Below, piece by piece: positions 59,646 through 64,000 of a stretch of DNA of 64,000 nucleotides. Position 1 is the first letter of the stretch. Each line of letters opens with the position of its first letter. The stretch is from assembly GCA_003552125.1 (NCBI GenBank), contig PUON01000081.1, forward strand, positions 4,417-68,416, read 5' to 3'. A model generated the notes under the pieces. That model was not told where the DNA came from. It was given only the letters and a program-made list of their open reading frames with translations, and did not search any database. The translations under genes were made by a program, and so were the position numbers. This DNA is from Dehalococcoidia bacterium. Its GTDB lineage: Bacteria; Chloroflexota; Dehalococcoidia; GIF9; AB-539-J10.

Positions 59646-60317
59646 GTGAGCTACAAACCGATTACGCACCTGGCACTGATACGTCCTGAACCACCGCCCT
59701 TCCCCGACTGCTACCGTGAATTGACCGAACTAGGTGCGGAGGTGCGTGAAGCACTCATCGGCGGGATTATCGAACACTGTCTAATACCCTCTCCCGCCGC
59801 CATAGTCCTGATGGCGGATTCGGCCGACCATCTTCACAAGGTTCCACCAATCATCAAGGCACTGACGGCCAGCCCTGTTCTTGCGCTCATCACTCCCGAG
59901 TTGCTTCACGCCACCTGGCCAACGGTCGGTGTGGAGGACTTCATGGTCGGCACAGGATCAGGCTCGGAGTTACGGGCACGAGCTATCCATCTGATGCGGC
60001 TACACCCGGAGAGTCGCCACCTGATCCGGCATGGAGACCTTGCTATAGATACGGCATCCTGCGAAGTGAGCGTGGGTGGACGGCTCATCGAACTCACCTT
60101 CAAGGAATACGAACTGCTGAAATTCCTGGCACACGAACCTGGCCGCGTCTTCTCACGACAGGTACTGCTGGACAGAGTATGGGGTTACGATTACTTCGGC
60201 GGCGACCGCACCGTGGATGTTCACATTCGCCGCCTTCGAAGCAAGCTTGAGGATGCAAATCATACTTTCATTGATACGGTCCGCAATATAGGGTACCGTC
60301 TGCATAGGGATAAGTGA
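59646..60317 (+). CDS. OmpR-family winged-helix transcriptional regulator with degenerate receiver-like N-terminus
   Basis: The C-terminus LTFKEYELLKFLAHEPGRVFSRQVLLDRVWGYDYFGGDRTVDVHIRRLRSKL...IDTVRNIGYRL is OmpR/PhoB-type. The N-terminal half lacks a clear DD...D...K phospho-acceptor set. GTG start 12 nt after the GXGXG gene. Confidence 0.6.
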   Translation: MSYKPITHLALIRPEPPPFPDCYRELTELGAEVREALIGGIIEHCLIPSPAAIVLMADSADHLHKVPPIIKALTASPVLALITPELLHATWPTVGVEDFMVGTGSGSELRARAIHLMRLHPESRHLIRHGDLAIDTASCEVSVGGRLIELTFKEYELLKFLAHEPGRVFSRQVLLDRVWGYDYFGGDRTVDVHIRRLRSKLEDANHTFIDTVRNIGYRLHRDK

Positions 60318-60488
60318 GCGACCCGTTCCATTCCGGCTGCATACGAGTGCGTCCGATGTCTGCAGTTGGACTCTGACAGTGCTCATCGCCGGGCAGATTG
60401 TATCCGCCACGTGTGATATTATTGCGCTCGACTCATGCCCAATGGCATGCAGTACTGGTATCCGGCTCAGATTGTGCTGGAGGATTTA

Positions 60489-61934
60489 ATGGTTCACCTC
60501 GACAACTATGAAACAATCATCGGGCTGGAGGTTCATGCGCAGCTACTCACCCGCAGTAAGATGTTCTGCGGTTGTCAGGCAGACTACCAGGACGCACCAC
60601 CCAACACTCGTGTCTGTCCACTGTGCATGGGTATGCCCGGTACTTTGCCAGTCGCGAACCGTGCGGCAATCGAATGCGTGATGACTACGGCGCTGGCCCT
60701 GCACTGCGAATTGCCACTGCACACACGCTTCGACCGGAAGAACTACTTCTATCCAGACCTGATGAAGGGATACCAGATTTCGCAGTACGAGGCGCCTATA
60801 GGGCGAAACGGATGGCTCGACATCGAGGTGGCTGGAGCGGTTAAGCGCATCGGAGTGACGCGCGTTCACCTGGAAGAGGACGTCGCAAAAGCATTCCATA
60901 TGGACGGCTACAGCCTTATCGACATGAACCGGTCAGGCATGCCTTTGATGGAGACGGTCAGTGAACCGGACCTTCGGTCACCCGAAGAGGCGCGCGACTA
61001 CCTCATACGTCTCAGAAACCTGCTGAGGTATCTGGGCGTCTCAACCGGCAATATGGAGGAAGGCAGCTTCCGCTGTGATGCCAATATCAGCCTGCGCCCC
61101 ATCAATGCGAGCGGCTTTGGCGCCAAGATCGAAGTCAAGAACATGAACAGCTTTCGCAGCGTCTATCGCGCATTGAAGTACGAGCAGGAGCGACAGGCCG
61201 AGATACTGAGCAACGGCGGGACGCTTCGCCAGGAGACACGGGGTTGGCAGGACGACGTGGGAGTTACCATTTTACAGCGAACCAAGGAATTCGCAGAGGA
61301 TTATCGGTACTTCCCTGAACCGGACGTTCCTCCGCTCGTACTGACGCCCCTATGGGTCGAAGAGGTTAAGGCGCGTATGCCGGAGCTCCCTGAGGTACGA
61401 CGCTCACGGTTTGTGTCTGAACTGCAGATGTCGCCTCAGGATGCCACCATTCTCGTGTCCTCCAGAGCAATGTCTGACTTCTTCGAAGAATGCGTGGCGC
61501 GATCATCAATCTCACAGGCACGAACCGTAGCCAACTGGCTTCTCGGTGACGTAAGTCACCTCATCAATGCGGATGGAGTGGAGATCTGCGACTGTCCCCT
61601 TACGCCTGACGGCATCGCCGAATTCATCGACCTGATCGATCGTGGAACCCTCGGCGGTCCGGCGGCAAAGACAGTAGTGGAACACATGTATCGTACGGGA
61701 AAGTCACCATCTGCAATTATCGAGGAGATGGATTTGGGTCAGATCAGCGGTTCTGACGCGATCCTTGACGCCGTCCGTCAGGTAATCCAGGAGAATCCGA
61801 AGGCCGTAACGGACTATCGTGCCGGTAAGGCGCAATCGATTACTTTCCTGACGGGTCAGGTCATGCGCCTCACACGCGGCAGGGCAAACCCGGCGCTTAC
61901 TCGCGACATGCTCGAGAGAGAGCTTAGATTCTAA
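60489..61934 (+). CDS. gatB: Asp-tRNA(Asn)/Glu-tRNA(Gln) amidotransferase subunit B
   Basis: YETIIGLEVHAQL...CPLCMGMPGTLPV and a C-terminal YqeY-like domain. GGAGGA lies 5 nt before ATG 60489. Confidence 0.9.
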   Translation: MVHLDNYETIIGLEVHAQLLTRSKMFCGCQADYQDAPPNTRVCPLCMGMPGTLPVANRAAIECVMTTALALHCELPLHTRFDRKNYFYPDLMKGYQISQYEAPIGRNGWLDIEVAGAVKRIGVTRVHLEEDVAKAFHMDGYSLIDMNRSGMPLMETVSEPDLRSPEEARDYLIRLRNLLRYLGVSTGNMEEGSFRCDANISLRPINASGFGAKIEVKNMNSFRSVYRALKYEQERQAEILSNGGTLRQETRGWQDDVGVTILQRTKEFAEDYRYFPEPDVPPLVLTPLWVEEVKARMPELPEVRRSRFVSELQMSPQDATILVSSRAMSDFFEECVARSSISQARTVANWLLGDVSHLINADGVEICDCPLTPDGIAEFIDLIDRGTLGGPAAKTVVEHMYRTGKSPSAIIEEMDLGQISGSDAILDAVRQVIQENPKAVTDYRAGKAQSITFLTGQVMRLTRGRANPALTRDMLERELRF

Positions 61935-62063
61935 TCGGATTGGAACCCTGTCCAGTTTACCCTGCGGTAACCCCTTCGAAACATCACTGCAACAATCCGT
62001 CCCTACAATGTCGCCATTACGCGGGAAGGCGTCACCACTTCCGCAAACAGCAAGGAGGACGAC

Positions 62064-63407
62064 ATGGCCAAGAGAACCCGGGATGAAGCAAAGGAGTATG
62101 TGCTCAAGACAGCCAAGGAGCACGATGTCAAATTCATCAGACTCTGGTTCACGGATATACTCGGTCTTCTCAAGAGCTTCGCAATCACCGTTGAGGAGCT
62201 TGAGGGCGCTCTCGAAGACGGCATGGGATTTGATGGATCTTCAATCGAGGGCTTCTGTCGAATCGACGAGAGCGACATGATGGCACTGCCTGATCCCGAG
62301 ACCTTCCAGCTACTGCCGTGGCGACCCAAGGATCATCACTCGGTGGCCAGGATGTTCTGCGACGTGATGCGGCCCGAAGGAACGCCATTCGAGGGAGATC
62401 CCCGGTACGTGCTGAAGCGGAACCTGCAGAAAGCAGCAGACCTCGGATACACCTTCTACGTGGGTCCCGAACTGGAGTATTTCTACTTCAAGGATAAGTT
62501 TGGGACTGAGCCGCTGGACGAGGGCGGGTACTTCGACATGACGCCACTCGACCTGGCCACTGACCTGAGAAGGGAAACCGTGTTGACTCTCGAGGCAATG
62601 GGTATAGGTATCGAGTATTCACACCACGAGGTGGCTCCCAGCCAACACGAGATCGACATGCGATACACAGACGCGCTTACCATGGCTGATAACGTCATGA
62701 CTTATCGGCTGGTGGTGAAGCAGATCGCCCTGGACCGTGGCGTCCACGCTACATTCATGCCGAAGCCTGTGTTCGGCATGAATGGCAGCGGCATGCACAC
62801 GCACCAGTCCCTCTTCAAGAACGGACACAACGCGTTCTTTGATCCGAACGGACAGTACCATCTCTCGGATGCAGCGCGCTGCTACATCGCCGGCTTGCTC
62901 AAACACGCGCCTGAGTTCACGTCGATCACCAACCAGCTGGTGAACTCTTACAAGCGACTCGTACCAGGATATGAGGCACCGGTCTACCTTTCCTGGGCCC
63001 GTCGCAACCGTTCGGACCTGATCAGGGTGCCGGGCTACAAGCCAGGCAGAGAGGCTTCCACACGCGTAGAATTGCGCTCCCCCGATCCCACATGCAACCC
63101 GTACCTCGCGTTCTCGGTCATGTTGGCGGCCGGTCTGGAGGGCATCGAGAAGGGCTACGATTGTCCGGAGCCCGTCGAGGAAAACGTCTACGTTATGCCT
63201 GAGGAGGAGCGAATCGCACGCGGCATAGGGACATTGCCATCAACTCTGTATGAGGCGGTCAAACTCACCCGGGAGAGCGAGGTTGTTCGCAAAGCCTTGG
63301 GGGATCACGTGTTCAATTCGTTCGTACAGAACAAACTCATCGAGTGGGATAGCTACCGAACGCAGGTAACAGGGTACGAGCTTAATCGCTATCTACCGGT
63401 GTACTGA
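62064..63407 (+). CDS. glnA: glutamine synthetase, type I
   Basis: FTDILGLLKSF, GSSIEGF, and the ATP/glutamate-binding region PKPVFGMNGSGMHTHQS. AAGGAGG upstream. Confidence 0.92.
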   Translation: MAKRTRDEAKEYVLKTAKEHDVKFIRLWFTDILGLLKSFAITVEELEGALEDGMGFDGSSIEGFCRIDESDMMALPDPETFQLLPWRPKDHHSVARMFCDVMRPEGTPFEGDPRYVLKRNLQKAADLGYTFYVGPELEYFYFKDKFGTEPLDEGGYFDMTPLDLATDLRRETVLTLEAMGIGIEYSHHEVAPSQHEIDMRYTDALTMADNVMTYRLVVKQIALDRGVHATFMPKPVFGMNGSGMHTHQSLFKNGHNAFFDPNGQYHLSDAARCYIAGLLKHAPEFTSITNQLVNSYKRLVPGYEAPVYLSWARRNRSDLIRVPGYKPGREASTRVELRSPDPTCNPYLAFSVMLAAGLEGIEKGYDCPEPVEENVYVMPEEERIARGIGTLPSTLYEAVKLTRESEVVRKALGDHVFNSFVQNKLIEWDSYRTQVTGYELNRYLPVY

Positions 63408-63428
63408 AACACATACACGCTGACTAGT

Positions 63429-63458
63429 GAATACGGGGGCGGTACCGCCCCCGTATTC
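63429..63458. terminator. bidirectional GC-rich hairpin terminator between glnA and gdhA
   Basis: gaatacgggggcgg-ta-ccgcccccgtattc, a perfect 14-bp stem at a convergent junction. Confidence 0.6.
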
Positions 63459-63498
63459 AGTTCAGTAGGCAGGATACTTTGAAAGACAGCCAAACCCG

Positions 63499-64000
63499 TC
63501 ACACCCAGCCGCGCAGTCTCATGACTTCTACCACTCGCTCTACTGCTCGCACGTAGGCAGCCTGACGCATGTTGATGCCGTACTCACGACTCGTATTCAC
63601 AACCGAATGATATGCGGCAGTCATCTTCTTATCCAGACGCTCATGCACATCAGCCTCAGTCCACGGGTACAGGTAGAAGTTCTGCACCATTTCGAAGTAG
63701 GACACGGTAACGCCACCTGCATTGCACAGGAAGTCCGGGATCACATGCACGCCATTCTCATACAGGATGTCGTCAGCCTCTGGAGTAGTCGGCCCGTTGG
63801 CGAGTTCTGCCACGATCTTCGCGCGAACCTTTCGGGCATTGCGAGACGTAATGACACCCTCTATCGCTGCGGGAATGAGCACGTCGACATCCATTTCAAG
63901 CAGGTCGTCCCCAGAAATGAGCTCAGTGTCGGGAACTCCGCACACCGTGCTGGTGGACAGTTTGCACTCGCGTGCAGCTTCAGGATCGATGCCATCAGCA
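63499..64000 (-). CDS. gdhA: Glu/Leu/Phe/Val-family glutamate dehydrogenase, C-terminal part (5' end beyond window)
   Basis: ANGPTTPEAD...GVHVIPDFLCNAGGVTVSYFEMVQN is the GDH NAD(P)-binding-domain signature. Stop at 63499-63501. Confidence 0.8.
   Translation of the reverse strand, partial: ADGIDPEAARECKLSTSTVCGVPDTELISGDDLLEMDVDVLIPAAIEGVITSRNARKVRAKIVAELANGPTTPEADDILYENGVHVIPDFLCNAGGVTVSYFEMVQNFYLYPWTEADVHERLDKKMTAAYHSVVNTSREYGINMRQAAYVRAVERVVEVMRLRGWV

Overview
This is a gene-dense, GC-rich bacterial chromosomal window, about 90% coding, with housekeeping genes on both strands. I saw no transposases, integrases, CRISPR arrays or phage genes. The single 16S rRNA gene resembles Chloroflexota (Dehalococcoidia-like) sequences, but that comparison is from memory and unverified.

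Recognisable genes:
- **Start of window:** a J-domain protein directly followed by an archaeal/eukaryotic-type DRG GTPase, then a duplicated zinc-ribbon protein, an MBL-fold hydrolase, an HD-domain hydrolase, a short MetE-like methyltransferase, a cupin, tRNA-Leu(TAG) and fabF.
- **Minus-strand operon:** a glycine-betaine-type ABC transporter (proX-proV-proW) and a NYN-domain protein.
- **Central housekeeping:** ybaK, thyX, an AbfD-type 4-hydroxybutyryl-CoA dehydratase, prfA-prmC, ymdB-rny, coaX-coaBC, valS, secA, prs and glyA.
- **Heat-shock and translation genes:** hrcA-grpE-dnaK with a CIRCE operator, dksA-lspA-rluD, gltX, etfBA, an EF-G2-type paralog, gatC-gatA, trpS, tRNA-Glu(CTC) and pyrG.
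- **Nitrogen-metabolism block at the far end:** an unusual glutamate-synthase-like cluster, then gatB, glnA and a partial gdhA.

The 16S rRNA gene (21034..22548, minus strand) is unlinked from any 23S/5S gene. It sits between rny and coaX and is flanked by a roughly 35-nt complementary processing stem.

The most interesting locus is 50859..60317. It looks like an archaeal-type glutamate synthase split into separate domain proteins:
- a ferredoxin;
- two divergent FMN-domain paralogs;
- a class II glutamine amidotransferase;
- a GXGXG-domain protein;
- an NADH-type FAD reductase.

Imidazole-glycerol-phosphate-synthase subunit genes hisH and hisF are interleaved inside the operon without hisA, and an OmpR-type regulator with a degenerate receiver follows it. 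The class II amidotransferase carries a single in-frame TGA (56107..56109) in the middle of its conserved domain. That could be a pseudogene, a sequencing error or UGA recoding.

Other items worth a look are the DRG/J-domain pair, a 785-nt region with no convincing ORF, a 640-nt structured intergenic region after dnaK, and perfect-palindrome terminators at convergent gene junctions.
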